Of a stretch of 64,000 bases of DNA, positions 1-11,041 are shown piece by piece. Origin of the DNA: Trueperaceae bacterium. Its GTDB lineage: Bacteria; Deinococcota; Deinococci; Deinococcales; Trueperaceae. Both the position numbers and the translations under genes were made by a program. Position 1 is the first letter of the stretch. Each line of letters starts with the position of its first letter. Where the stretch lies: contig JAXHNB010000006.1 of assembly GCA_034520945.1 (NCBI GenBank), positions 896,001 to 960,000 of the forward strand, given 5' to 3'. The notes beneath the pieces were generated by a model, which saw nothing but the letters and a program-made list of their open reading frames with translations, was not told where the DNA came from and searched no databases.

Positions 1-2
1 CC

Positions 3-1667
3 CGTCAGGCGGAGGACACGCCCCTCGTCGACTTCGGAGAGGACGACGCGCCGCTGCTGGCGGGGCCGGAGCGCGCACCGCCAGCGAGTCCCGAGGACAA
101 GCGAGAGCAGGAGGCGCTGCAGCGCCTGGCTGCGCGCGTGTTCGGGCGGGAGGTGTCCCGCTTCGCCGACGGGGTCGCGGCCGCATGGCGTGCCGAGCGC
201 GAACGCGCCACGGCCCGCCTGATGTTCGCGACGCTGCGCAACTTCGAACGGCACCGGCAGTCCCCCGATTTCGCCCGGGACGCCAACCTGCGCCAGTTTC
301 GCGTCACCGAGCCCATCCCCCAGCGAGGCGATCCGCTTCTCGACCTCACCAACGTGGACAGCCTCAGCGTCGTCGCCCGGGAACTGGTCGAAGCGATCCT
401 GTACCTGCGCGACGGGAACCCCGCGCCCCAGATCGAGCGGCGGCAGTCGTTCGACTACATGCGCCGCTTGGCGCTCGAAGTGGCCAAGGACCCCTACGCC
501 GGCAAGCGGTCGCCGGTCGACACGCCCGGTCCTTCGGCGTCCGACCTGCGGACCGCGCTCCGCGATTTGGGTCGGGAACGCCTGCCCGAATGGCAGCGTC
601 AGGCACGGCGGCAGGAGCTGGAGCGTCGCATTCGCGAACGGCAGGAGCTGGAACGGGAACAGCGCACCATGCTTCGCCGGGACACCATGCGCTTCACCGA
701 GTTGGCGGAGGCGTTCTTCGTCCGGCTGGCGCGGTTGCTGCCCAGGTCGGTCGGCGGCGACGCCGAGGAGCCTCAGCTGACGGGTGGCGTGCTGTTCGCT
801 GTCTCCGACGCGCTTCGCCGCAAGGAGATTCCCGCCGACGCCCGCACCCTGACGCTGCGCTTGGCCGGACCTGTGCGCCTGGCGTTCCTGGGCCGGACGT
901 TGGCGGTGACGGTCGAAGGTCGCGATCGGCACCTGTTCCTGGAGGATCGCGAGGTGCCGTTGGACGGCGACCGCGTCACGTCGATGAACGGCTACGAGCT
1001 CGAGACGTTCGTCGAGGGCGACTACGTGCACGTGCGCGCACGGGACACGGGGGGGTCGTTGGTGGCGCGCGTGGCGGAGGCGGCGACCGCCCTGTTCGTG
1101 TTGACGTCGCCCCAGGCGGAGATGCGGCTGGCGGCGCTGCGGTTGCTGGCGCCGGGCGCCGCGGCGGAACCGGTCGGGGTGGTCGCGGAGGCGGTGCGAC
1201 GTGCCGGTCAGATCGTGGTCAAGGCGCCCGACCGTCACCAGGCGATGGAGCGCTTGGTGGCCGGTTCGGTGCGGGCGGTCGGGGGCGAGGCCGAGCTCGG
1301 ATGGCTCCAGGGGTTCGTGCAGCGCGCCATGCTGGCGTTGGCAGCGCGGCCCGAGCAGCTCCCCGAAGCACTTGCCATGCTGATCTCCCAGGATCCCGCT
1401 GCGGAGGAGCCGACGGTCGCGCCCTTTTCCGGCGAGCCGGTCGACGTCACCGTCGGGGGGCGCACCGTCACGGTGCGAACGTTCGGCGCCAAGGGCGGTG
1501 ACCATCTGGTGGCGATGCTTCCCGGCCAAGTGATCGGCTCGTTCCGTGAGCACCTGGTGGAGCAGATGGGGGCAGGCACCATCGCCTGCGTGTTCGGCGA
1601 GCAGCAGCTCGTGGCGGCGTACCTGCCCGGCACCCGCGTTCGCGCGGCCCACGACGCCTCGGCCTGA
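3..1667 (+). CDS. Hypothetical protein, 5' end outside the window
   Basis: The frame of ORF 138..1667 stays open back to base 3 (RQAEDTPLVDFGEDD...). Host-like codon usage and a coiled-coil-like stretch (ELERRIRERQELEREQR); no family recognised. Confidence 0.8.
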   Translation, partial: RQAEDTPLVDFGEDDAPLLAGPERAPPASPEDKREQEALQRLAARVFGREVSRFADGVAAAWRAERERATARLMFATLRNFERHRQSPDFARDANLRQFRVTEPIPQRGDPLLDLTNVDSLSVVARELVEAILYLRDGNPAPQIERRQSFDYMRRLALEVAKDPYAGKRSPVDTPGPSASDLRTALRDLGRERLPEWQRQARRQELERRIRERQELEREQRTMLRRDTMRFTELAEAFFVRLARLLPRSVGGDAEEPQLTGGVLFAVSDALRRKEIPADARTLTLRLAGPVRLAFLGRTLAVTVEGRDRHLFLEDREVPLDGDRVTSMNGYELETFVEGDYVHVRARDTGGSLVARVAEAATALFVLTSPQAEMRLAALRLLAPGAAAEPVGVVAEAVRRAGQIVVKAPDRHQAMERLVAGSVRAVGGEAELGWLQGFVQRAMLALAARPEQLPEALAMLISQDPAAEEPTVAPFSGEPVDVTVGGRTVTVRTFGAKGGDHLVAMLPGQVIGSFREHLVEQMGAGTIACVFGEQQLVAAYLPGTRVRAAHDASA

Positions 1668-1733
1668 TTCCATGCCGTCCTGACGCCACGCGCTCGCTCG
1701 GCGCCGTGTCAGGCTACGGGCCAGGAGGTGCGC

Positions 1734-2018
1734 ATGTCTGAACCGCTGTCCCAAGACCGCATCGAACGAGCCCTTCAGGAGTTGCCGTCCTGGTCCCTTC
1801 ACGATGGCAAGCTGCGACGCGAGCTGCGTTTCGACGGGTTTCCCGCCGCACTGTCGTTCCTGGTGCGGGTCGGACTCCTGGCCGAATCACGAGGGCACCA
1901 CCCCGAGATCTACAACGCCTACGCCAAGGTGACGCTGGAACTCGTCACCCACGACGCGGGCGGCATCACCGAGAAGGACCTGTCGTTCGCGCGGGAGGTC
2001 GAGGCGTTCACGCCCTGA
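1734..2018 (+). CDS. Pterin-4-alpha-carbinolamine dehydratase
   Basis: AESRGHHPEI and LVTHDAGGITEKD motifs; AGGAGG RBS before ATG 1734. Confidence 0.9.
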   Translation: MSEPLSQDRIERALQELPSWSLHDGKLRRELRFDGFPAALSFLVRVGLLAESRGHHPEIYNAYAKVTLELVTHDAGGITEKDLSFAREVEAFTP

Positions 2019-2037
2019 GCGTCGTCCGAACCGCCGT

Positions 2038-3431
<1,394 letters not shown>

Positions 3432-3435
<4 letters not shown>

Positions 3436-4319
3436 GGCCCTCCTCCGTTCTCCTCGGCATCGTCCTCGGGCGGGTTCGGTGGGTCTTCCGACTCGCCGCC
3501 GTCGTCACCGTCGTCCGAACCGTTCTCGTCCGAACCGTTCTCGTCGTCGCCGTTCCCGTCGGCCTCGTCGGCGTCGTCGGGCCTCGCGTCCTGGCCCGGA
3601 CGTGTCCCTTCGAAGCGGCTCAGGTAGTGGTGACGCCCGGCGTACAGCACCTCGGCGCGCACCTCCATCCCCAGCCGCACCGCTTCGTCGATCTCCAACG
3701 CGACCGTGGCCAAGGTCGCGCTGCCGTTCAGGGGCTCGCCCAACGCGGCGAGGTCCATCGCCAGGCCGTCCTCGCGGGCCTCGGAGAACACGGTGACATT
3801 ATCGCGCGCGGCGCGGACGCCCTCCTCGGCCAAGCGGACGCCCTTCAGCTCCCACGACAGGCGTACGCGCGCGGCCCGGAGGTCGCGGGCGTCTTCGACG
3901 CGGACCCGCAGGGTGACCGTGTCGCGCACTTCGGTGTCGGGAAGGTCCAGCGTCAGCCGGGGCACCGGTACGTCGCGGACGGTGAGCGTGAACTCCTGGA
4001 ACGTCGAGGCGAGGTTGGCGTCGGATACCGCGACGGTGAACTCGAAGCGCCCCTCGGACGTCGGGGTGCCCAGCAGCGTTCCGCCCTGCAGGGCCAGCCC
4101 GGGGGGGAGCGTGCCGTCCTCCAGCCGGTAGGTGTGCGGGCGCAGCCCCCCGGTGGCCACGACGTCCCGTTGATAGCGCTCGTTGATGACGCCGTCCGGC
4201 AGGGACCGGGTGGCGAATCGCAGGGCCTCGCCGGGAAGCGGCGCTTCGTCCGAGCAGGCCACCAGTATGACGGCGAGGACCACCGCCAGCACGCGCCTTC
4301 GCGGTCGGCGCCATGGCAC
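3432..4319 (-). CDS. Lipoprotein with putative Ig (He_PIG-like) and cohesin-like domains
   Basis: Only the C-terminal part of ORF 3432..7958 looks real. Lipobox LVAC; LPPGLAL..GTLLGTPT..G.FEFTVAVSD Ig motif; then a beta-rich TVTLRVRVEDARDLRAARVRLSW...LATVALE domain. Stop overlaps the next start (ATGA). Start is approximate. Confidence 0.7.
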
Positions 4320-4541
4320 GACGCGCGCCGTGCGGGTGGGTCGGGGACGGTCGTGGGGTCTCAACGGGCCTCCAGGCGGACGGTCGGCATCGGGATCGAT
4401 GAGGCAGAGTGTACCGGAGCGTCGCCGGCCTGCATGGTACCGTTCCAGCACGTCGCCCACGCCCACCCAGGCGGACCCGCCATTTCGTGCGGCGGTTCCG
4501 CTTCGGGGTTCTGGTACGCACTCGCATGAGCAGGAGCGAAG

Positions 4542-7500
4542 ATGACCCGCTATCCGCTGCCCCCAGGCGTTCGGCTCCGGCGCGCGTTCCACGTGCGCGG
4601 CGATGCGCGCCGCAGGTACGGCCTGCAGGGAGAGGTCGTCGACCTTCGCGGCCGTGTGTTGGTCGCCGATCCGGCCGCGTCGGAACGGGTGGCGGCCCGC
4701 GTGAACGAGGTGCGCGAGGCGCGACGCTTTCCCGAGTCGGGCGTGTCGGGCGCCGAGGTGTTCGCGGCCGGCCTGCTGGACGAGGCGGTGCACCTGATGC
4801 TGGACGCCTACCGCCGTGAGCGCGACCCTGCCTGGTTGGCGTCGGTGGAGTCGCGCCTGGTGGACGCGCTCGGGCAGGAGCGCCTGGACCGTGCGCGCCT
4901 GTCGTTCGTGGAGGCGTTCCCGACCGCGGAGGTGGCGGCGGGGGAGGTCGGCCCGGAGGCGTGGTTGTCCGGGACCCAGGAGGACGTCCCCAACCGGTTG
5001 GTGGCGCTCGAAGAGCGGCTCGCGGTACGCCTCGCCAACGAGAACCCCGCCCTGGAACGACTGCGGGATCTGATCGACGATGGGGACGTTTCGGACGACG
5101 ACGCTGCCTGCGCCGCGTCGCTCGAGGAGGCCGTGCAGGGATTGCCCGGCCCGGGGGGCGACGAGGCCACCGGCGAGGACCTGTTGTCGGTGCTGCGGGC
5201 GCCGATGCAAACCAGCCCCACCTCGCTGGAAGGGCAGCTGGGGTACGTACGGGATCACTGGGGCCGCTGGCTCGGCGTGGCGTTCGAAGGGTTGCTGAGG
5301 CGCATCACGCAGGGCGAGGACCTGCTGGCGGAGCGACGCGAACGGGGGACGCCCGGGCCGCCCGGTCCGGCGCCGGTGTTCCGGTCGGAGGAGATCGACG
5401 AGGCACCGGTGGCGTTCAGCCCCGACGCCGACTGGATGGGCACGCTGGTGCTGGTGGCCAAGAACGCCTACGTCTGGTTGGACCAGTTGTCGCGCCGGAC
5501 GGGGCGGGACATCGGGCGTCTGGACGAGGTGCCGGACGAGGCGTTGGCGGAGCTCGCGCGTCGCGGCTTCAGCGGGCTGTGGCTGATCGGCCTGTGGCAG
5601 CGGAGCGAGGCGTCCGCACGCATCAAGCGGCGCCGGGGGCAGGCGGACGCCGTCGCCAGCGCGTACGCATTGTACGACTATCGCGTGTCGGACGATCTCG
5701 GCGGTGAGGAGGCGTGGCGGGCGCTGCGCGATGCCGCGCAGCGGCACGGCATTCGCTTGGCGGCCGACATGGTGCCGAATCACGTCGGGGTGGACGCGCG
5801 CTGGGTGGCGGAGCACCCCGAGTGGTTCCTGAGCCTGCCGGAGCCGCCCTATCCGGGCTACCGCTTCACCGGCCCGGACCTGTCCGATGATCCTCGGATG
5901 GAGGTCCGGATCGAGGACGGGTATTGGGACGGCAGTGACGCGGCGGTGGTGTTCGAGCGCGCGGACACCGCCAGTGGTCAGCGCCGTTACGTCTATCACG
6001 GCAACGACGGCACCTCGATGCCGTGGAACGACACCGCGCAGCTGGACTACCTGAAGCCCGAGGTGCGCGAGGCGGTGACGCAGACCGTCCTCGAGGTCGC
6101 GCGCCGGTTCCCGATCATCCGGTTCGATGCGGCGATGACGCTGGCGAAGCGGCACGTGCGCCGCTTGTGGTACCCGCCGCCTGGCGGCGGGGGCGCGATC
6201 CCCTCGCGGAGCGCGTACGGCGCGATGGACGACGAGGCCTTCGAGCGCAGCATGCCGCGCGAGTTCTGGCGCGAGGTCGTGGACCGTGTCGCGGCCGAGG
6301 CGCCGGACACGCTGCTGTTGGCCGAGGCGTTCTGGATGATGGAGGGGTACTTCGTCCGCTCGCTGGGCATGCACCGCGTGTACAACAGCGCGTTCATGAA
6401 CATGTTGGCGCGCGAGGCGAACGAGTCGTACCAGACGCACCTCCGTAAGGTGTTGACGTTCGATCCGCAGATCCTGGGCCGCTTCGTCAACTTCATGAAC
6501 AACCCGGACGAGGAAACCGCCGTCGAACAGTTCGGGGACGGCGACAAGGCGTTCGGGGTGACGGCGTTGATGGCGACCCTGCCGGGCCTGCCGATGTTCG
6601 GGCACGGCCAGGTCGAGGGTCTGCGCGAGAAGTACGGCATGGAGTACCGCCGCGCGAAGCTCGACGAATCGCCGCGCGAGGAGATGGTGGCGCGTCACCT
6701 GCGCGAGATCGCGCCGCTGTTGGCGCGCCGCGAGGCGTTCGCGGGCACGACCCACTTCCGCCTGTTCGAGGTGGAGGGCGCGCACGGGCCGCTGCCCGAC
6801 GTGTTCGCGTACGCGAACCGCGCGCCCGGTGGCCCGGCGCACCTGGTGCTCTACCACAACCGGTACGCGGAGGCGCGCGGCCGGGTACGGCGCAGCGTGC
6901 CGTTCGTCCGGCCGGGCGGTCAGGAGGAGGTGACCGAGACCCTCGGCGAGGCGCTCGGCCTCCAGGGCGGTCCGGACCGCTTCGTTCGGTATCGCGCGCA
7001 CCCGACCGGGCGCGAGCACCTCGCCCGGGCCGACCATTGGCTGCACGACGGTATGGAGGTCGCGCTGGACGCGTATCAGCACCGTGTGTTGCTGGACGTG
7101 CAGGAGGTGCGCGACACGGACGGGCGGTGGGCTCGCCTGTGGGATCGGATCGGGGATCGTGGCGTGCCGAGCCTGGAGGAGGCGCTGCGCGACATGGAGT
7201 TGGCCCCCGTGCACCGGGCATTCCTGGCTTGGGTACGGCAGGACGAGGCGTTCTCGGCCGAGGTGGGGCGTGCGGTGGCGGACCGTGCGGACGCCGTCCC
7301 GCCGGCGGCCTTGGACGCGGCGGAGGCGTTCGCGCGAGCCCTGGCCCAGCGCGAGGATCCGCCCGCCTTCTCGGCCGCAGCGGCGTTTCGCTCCTCGGCG
7401 CGGGTCGGTCGTGGCGACGCGCCGCCCGGAAGCGCGTGGCGACGGGCGTGGGCGATCGCGTCGGGCTTCGAGGCGCCGCGGGCGGCGGTCCGGGCACTGC

Positions 7501-7925
7501 GTCTGGACCGCGTGCTGCGCGACGAGTTGGCGACGGCGACGTGGGTGGGGCCGCAGGCGTGGGCCACCCTGTGGCTGCGGACGCTTCCTGGGGCCGGGCG
7601 CGCCGCGGCGGTGGCGCCGCGGCGACTCGATCGCACCGAGGTCGCAGCGGCGTTGCGTGCGTTGGGCGAGGATCGGTCGTTGCAGGAGGTGCTGGGCGTG
7701 CACGAGTACGGGGGGACGCGTTGGTTCCGGCGTGAAGGCTATCGCGCGTGGGCCGCGGCGTGGCTCTCGGCGCGGGCGCTGGAAGGGGCGACCACGCCGC
7801 GGATCGTCGCCTGGGCCGACGCATTGGTGGAGGCGGAGACGCAGAGCGCCTACCGCTTCGACGCGTTGCTGGCGCCCGCGTCGTTCGAGACCGAGCGAAG
7901 GGACCCGGACGGCAGCGGGGTGTGA
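4542..7925 (+). CDS. Large alpha-amylase family (GH13) glycoside hydrolase
   Basis: DMVPNH (region I), IRFDAAM (nucleophile), LLLAEAFW (acid/base), FMNNPDE (region IV); AGGAG RBS. Confidence 0.9.
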   Translation: MTRYPLPPGVRLRRAFHVRGDARRRYGLQGEVVDLRGRVLVADPAASERVAARVNEVREARRFPESGVSGAEVFAAGLLDEAVHLMLDAYRRERDPAWLASVESRLVDALGQERLDRARLSFVEAFPTAEVAAGEVGPEAWLSGTQEDVPNRLVALEERLAVRLANENPALERLRDLIDDGDVSDDDAACAASLEEAVQGLPGPGGDEATGEDLLSVLRAPMQTSPTSLEGQLGYVRDHWGRWLGVAFEGLLRRITQGEDLLAERRERGTPGPPGPAPVFRSEEIDEAPVAFSPDADWMGTLVLVAKNAYVWLDQLSRRTGRDIGRLDEVPDEALAELARRGFSGLWLIGLWQRSEASARIKRRRGQADAVASAYALYDYRVSDDLGGEEAWRALRDAAQRHGIRLAADMVPNHVGVDARWVAEHPEWFLSLPEPPYPGYRFTGPDLSDDPRMEVRIEDGYWDGSDAAVVFERADTASGQRRYVYHGNDGTSMPWNDTAQLDYLKPEVREAVTQTVLEVARRFPIIRFDAAMTLAKRHVRRLWYPPPGGGGAIPSRSAYGAMDDEAFERSMPREFWREVVDRVAAEAPDTLLLAEAFWMMEGYFVRSLGMHRVYNSAFMNMLAREANESYQTHLRKVLTFDPQILGRFVNFMNNPDEETAVEQFGDGDKAFGVTALMATLPGLPMFGHGQVEGLREKYGMEYRRAKLDESPREEMVARHLREIAPLLARREAFAGTTHFRLFEVEGAHGPLPDVFAYANRAPGGPAHLVLYHNRYAEARGRVRRSVPFVRPGGQEEVTETLGEALGLQGGPDRFVRYRAHPTGREHLARADHWLHDGMEVALDAYQHRVLLDVQEVRDTDGRWARLWDRIGDRGVPSLEEALRDMELAPVHRAFLAWVRQDEAFSAEVGRAVADRADAVPPAALDAAEAFARALAQREDPPAFSAAAAFRSSARVGRGDAPPGSAWRRAWAIASGFEAPRAAVRALRLDRVLRDELATATWVGPQAWATLWLRTLPGAGRAAAVAPRRLDRTEVAAALRALGEDRSLQEVLGVHEYGGTRWFRREGYRAWAAAWLSARALEGATTPRIVAWADALVEAETQSAYRFDALLAPASFETERRDPDGSGV

Positions 7926-7928
7926 ACG

Positions 7929-7959
7929 CGTGCGCCCCGCAGCGTCGGCGGGGCGCACG
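7929..7959. terminator. GC-rich hairpin between convergent GH13 gene and glnA
   Basis: CGTGCGCCCCGC-N7-GCGGGGCGCACG, perfect 12-bp stem. Confidence 0.65.
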
Positions 7960-7982
7960 AAGGCAGGTGCTGGATTCGGGGC

Positions 7983-9320
7983 TCAGTACGTGCTGAGGTA
8001 GGCGTCCAACTCCCAGCGGTGCACCTCGATGCGGTACTCCTCGAACTCCGCGTTCTTGGCGGCCAGGAAGTGCTGCGCGATGTGCTCGCCGAGGGCGTCG
8101 CGCATCTGCTTGTCTTTGTCCAGCGCGACGAGCGCTTCGCGCAGGGTGGGCGGCAGCTCCTTGATCTTGTGACGCCGGCGGTCCCGCACGCTCATGTCGA
8201 AGATGTTGCGTTGGATGTGGGGGGGCGGCGGCAGCTTCCGCTCGATGCCGTCGCGGCCGGCGGCCGCCATCACGGCGAGCGCCAGGTACGGATTGCAGGT
8301 GGGATCGGGCATGCGCAGCTCGGAGCGCGTCGACATGCCACGCCGCGCCGGGATGCGGACCATGGCGCTGCGGTTGGCGGCCGACCAGGCGATGTTGGTG
8401 GGCGCCTCGTAGCCGGGCGTGAGCCGCTTGTAGCTGTTCACGGTGGGGTTGGTGATGGCCACCATGCCGGCGGCGTGCGTCAACAGGCCTGCGATCCAGG
8501 CGAGCGCCGTGCTGCTGAGCTGCAGGTCCGCCTTCGGGTCGTAGAAGGCGTTCTTGCCGTTCTTGAACAGCGACAGGTGCGTGTGCATCCCCGATCCGTT
8601 GATGCCCGCCACCGGCTTGGGCATGAAGGTGGCGTGGAGGCCGTGGTTGAGGGCGATCTTCTTGACCACGTAGCGGAAGGTCGCGATGTTGTCCGCCGTC
8701 TGCAGGGCGCCGGCGTACTTGAAGTCGATCTCGTGCTGACCGGGGGCGACCTCGTGGTGGGCGGCCTCGATCTCGAAACCCATCTCGACCAGCGCGTTGA
8801 CCATGTCGCGGCGCGCCTCCTCGCCGCGGTCCAGCGGTGCGAGGTCGAAGTACCCCGCCGCGTCGTGCGTGGCGGTGGTGGGGGCGCCGTGTTCGTCCCT
8901 GGTGAACAGGAAGAACTCCGGCTCGGGCCCGGCGGACATGTCGTCGAAGCCGGCCGTGCGGAGGGCGTCGATCTGGCGCCGCAGGGCGTAGCGCGGGTCG
9001 CCCTCGAAGGGGGTGCCGTCCGGCAACGCGACGTCGCAGATCAGGCGCGCCACCTTGCCGCGCCCTGTCCCCTCCACGATCTCGGGAAGGATCACGAAGG
9101 TGTCGTAGTCCGGCTTCAGGAGCATGTCCGACTCTTCGATCCGGGAGAACCCCTGGATCGACGAGCCGTCGAACATCAATTCGCCGTCGAGCGCCTTCTC
9201 GAACTGCGAGGTCGGAACCTCGACGTTCTTGTTGTGGCCGAGGATGTCGGTGAACTGCAGACGTAGGAAGCTGACGTTTTCCTGGTCGAGGCTCCGCTTG
9301 ATTTCGTGGCGGGTGGTCAT
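7983..9320 (-). CDS. glnA: Glutamine synthetase type I
   Basis: [42 protein letters not shown] motifs; start MTTRHEIK after GGAGG. Confidence 0.97.
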   Translation of the reverse strand: MTTRHEIKRSLDQENVSFLRLQFTDILGHNKNVEVPTSQFEKALDGELMFDGSSIQGFSRIEESDMLLKPDYDTFVILPEIVEGTGRGKVARLICDVALPDGTPFEGDPRYALRRQIDALRTAGFDDMSAGPEPEFFLFTRDEHGAPTTATHDAAGYFDLAPLDRGEEARRDMVNALVEMGFEIEAAHHEVAPGQHEIDFKYAGALQTADNIATFRYVVKKIALNHGLHATFMPKPVAGINGSGMHTHLSLFKNGKNAFYDPKADLQLSSTALAWIAGLLTHAAGMVAITNPTVNSYKRLTPGYEAPTNIAWSAANRSAMVRIPARRGMSTRSELRMPDPTCNPYLALAVMAAAGRDGIERKLPPPPHIQRNIFDMSVRDRRRHKIKELPPTLREALVALDKDKQMRDALGEHIAQHFLAAKNAEFEEYRIEVHRWELDAYLSTY

Positions 9321-9593
9321 GGTCGGCCCTCCGGTTCGCGCGGGATTGGGGCGCGGCCTCCCGCTGGGAAAGGTCGCGGCCGCTGCACGATGATACGTGC
9401 GCAGTGTGCAATATGCAAGCCCACATCTGCACGAATAGAGGCGTCGTTGGCTAGGAAATGGCTGTTGAACCTGCGTATCGTGCACGATGAACGTGCCAGG
9501 CGTGCGGAGTTTCGTTCTTCCAAGAACGGCCCAAACCGGTGGCGGCCCGACCGTCCGGCCGGGCCGCCACCGCGTGCGGTGCCCATGTCGCCC

Positions 9594-10967
9594 TCAGTCG
9601 TCGGCGCGTGCGCGCTGCAACATCTCGTCGACGTTCACGACCTTGACGCGCGGGCGTCCGGCCGGTTCGCCGGCGCGGGTCTCCCAGCGATCCAGGGCCA
9701 ACCAACCGTCGAAGTCGACCGCCTCCACGCCACGCGAAGCGAGGAGCGAGGGGATGGCCTCGTCGGAGACGTCTTCCGGCGCGAGGGGCGGATCGGCCAG
9801 CAGCGCGCGGACGGTCTCCATGGCGTCGGCCTTGTTCGTTCCGATCACGCCGGTCGGACCACGCTTGATCCATCCGGCGACGTACGTTCCCGGCACCGCC
9901 TGCCCGTTTTCGTCCAACACCCGGCCGGCGTCGTTCGGCACCACGCCGCGGCGCGCGTCGAACGGCAGGTCCGGCAGCGCCTCGCCGCGGTATCCGACCG
10001 AGCGCAGGACCCACGACGCGGGGAGCGTCTCGCGCGCCCCGGTGTCGACGGCGGCGAGGTACCCGCCCTCGCGTTCCTCCAGCCGGTTGCGCGCCAACAC
10101 CACCTCGCGCACGCGGCCGTTCTGGCCACGAAGCTCCACGGGCGAGACGAAGAAGTGGAGGTGAAGCCGGCGGGGCCGCCCCTCGGGTTCATGGGTCGCG
10201 AAGTCGCGCAGCACCGACATGTTCTTCTTGGTGGGCGCGTCCTCCTCGACCTGGGCGGCGGAGGCCGCGTCCAGCTCGAGCTCGGCCGGGTCGACCACCA
10301 CGTCGGCGTTCGGGATCTGGCCGAGTTCTCGAAGCTCCTTGGTGGTCCACTTCGCCTGGGCTGGGCCGCGCCGCCCCAACATGTGGATGTCCTCCACCTT
10401 GCTTTCGGCCAGCGCCTCTAGCGCGTGATCGGCGATGTCGGTGCTGCGTAGCGCGTCCACGCTCTTCGCCAGGATCCGGGCGACGTCGACGGCGACGTTC
10501 CCGACACCCACCACGGCGACCGAACGGGCGCGAAGCGGCGGCTCGAGGTCGACGTAGTCGGGGTGCCCGTTGTACCAGGCGACGAACTCCGTGGCGGACA
10601 TGCTCCCCTCGAGCTCTTCGCCGTCGACCCCGAGCGAGCGGTCGCTGTTCGCGCCGACGGCGAGGATGACGGCGTGCGCGTGCTTGCGAAGATCGCTGAG
10701 CGTGATGTCCTCGCCGAACGCGACGTTGCCGAAGTAGCGGACGCGCGGATCTCGGCAGGTCCGTTCGAACGTCTTGGTGACGCTCTTGATGCGGTGGTGG
10801 TCCGGAGCCACGCCGTAGCGCACCAGTCCGTAGGGGGTGGGAAGGCGATCGAAGACATCGACACGCACGTCCTCACGCGTCTTGAGCAGGGCGTCGGCGG
10901 CGAACAGGCCCGAGGGGCCCGCCCCGACGATCGCTACGCACAGGGGAGAAGGGTCGACACGGTCCAT
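9594..10967 (-). CDS. Ferredoxin-NADP+ reductase (adrenodoxin reductase/FprA-like)
   Basis: GAGPSG, PYGLVRYGVAPDH, GVGNVAVDVAR, GWIKRGPTGVIGTN. Confidence 0.9.
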   Translation of the reverse strand: MDRVDPSPLCVAIVGAGPSGLFAADALLKTREDVRVDVFDRLPTPYGLVRYGVAPDHHRIKSVTKTFERTCRDPRVRYFGNVAFGEDITLSDLRKHAHAVILAVGANSDRSLGVDGEELEGSMSATEFVAWYNGHPDYVDLEPPLRARSVAVVGVGNVAVDVARILAKSVDALRSTDIADHALEALAESKVEDIHMLGRRGPAQAKWTTKELRELGQIPNADVVVDPAELELDAASAAQVEEDAPTKKNMSVLRDFATHEPEGRPRRLHLHFFVSPVELRGQNGRVREVVLARNRLEEREGGYLAAVDTGARETLPASWVLRSVGYRGEALPDLPFDARRGVVPNDAGRVLDENGQAVPGTYVAGWIKRGPTGVIGTNKADAMETVRALLADPPLAPEDVSDEAIPSLLASRGVEAVDFDGWLALDRWETRAGEPAGRPRVKVVNVDEMLQRARADD

Positions 10968-11041
10968 GCGTTCATTGTTTCACGTGCCGGGGCGGGTCGC
11001 CCGGGACCAATGCCACCCCGCCTGGGGTATCCTCGCCCCTC

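Noticed and set aside
4320..7958. N-terminal ~1200 aa of the 1508-aa minus-strand ORF, and similar long R/P/G-rich ORFs (6493-9432, 24867-27650, 28729-30768, 37632-39743)
   Set aside because: These are antisense or off-frame shadows of real genes, expected in high-GC DNA.
9384..9401. NtrC-type box upstream of glnA
   Set aside because: Spacing is N8 rather than TGCAC-N7-GTGCA, the right half is imperfect, and no sigma54 promoter is evident. Kept only as an unnamed motif.
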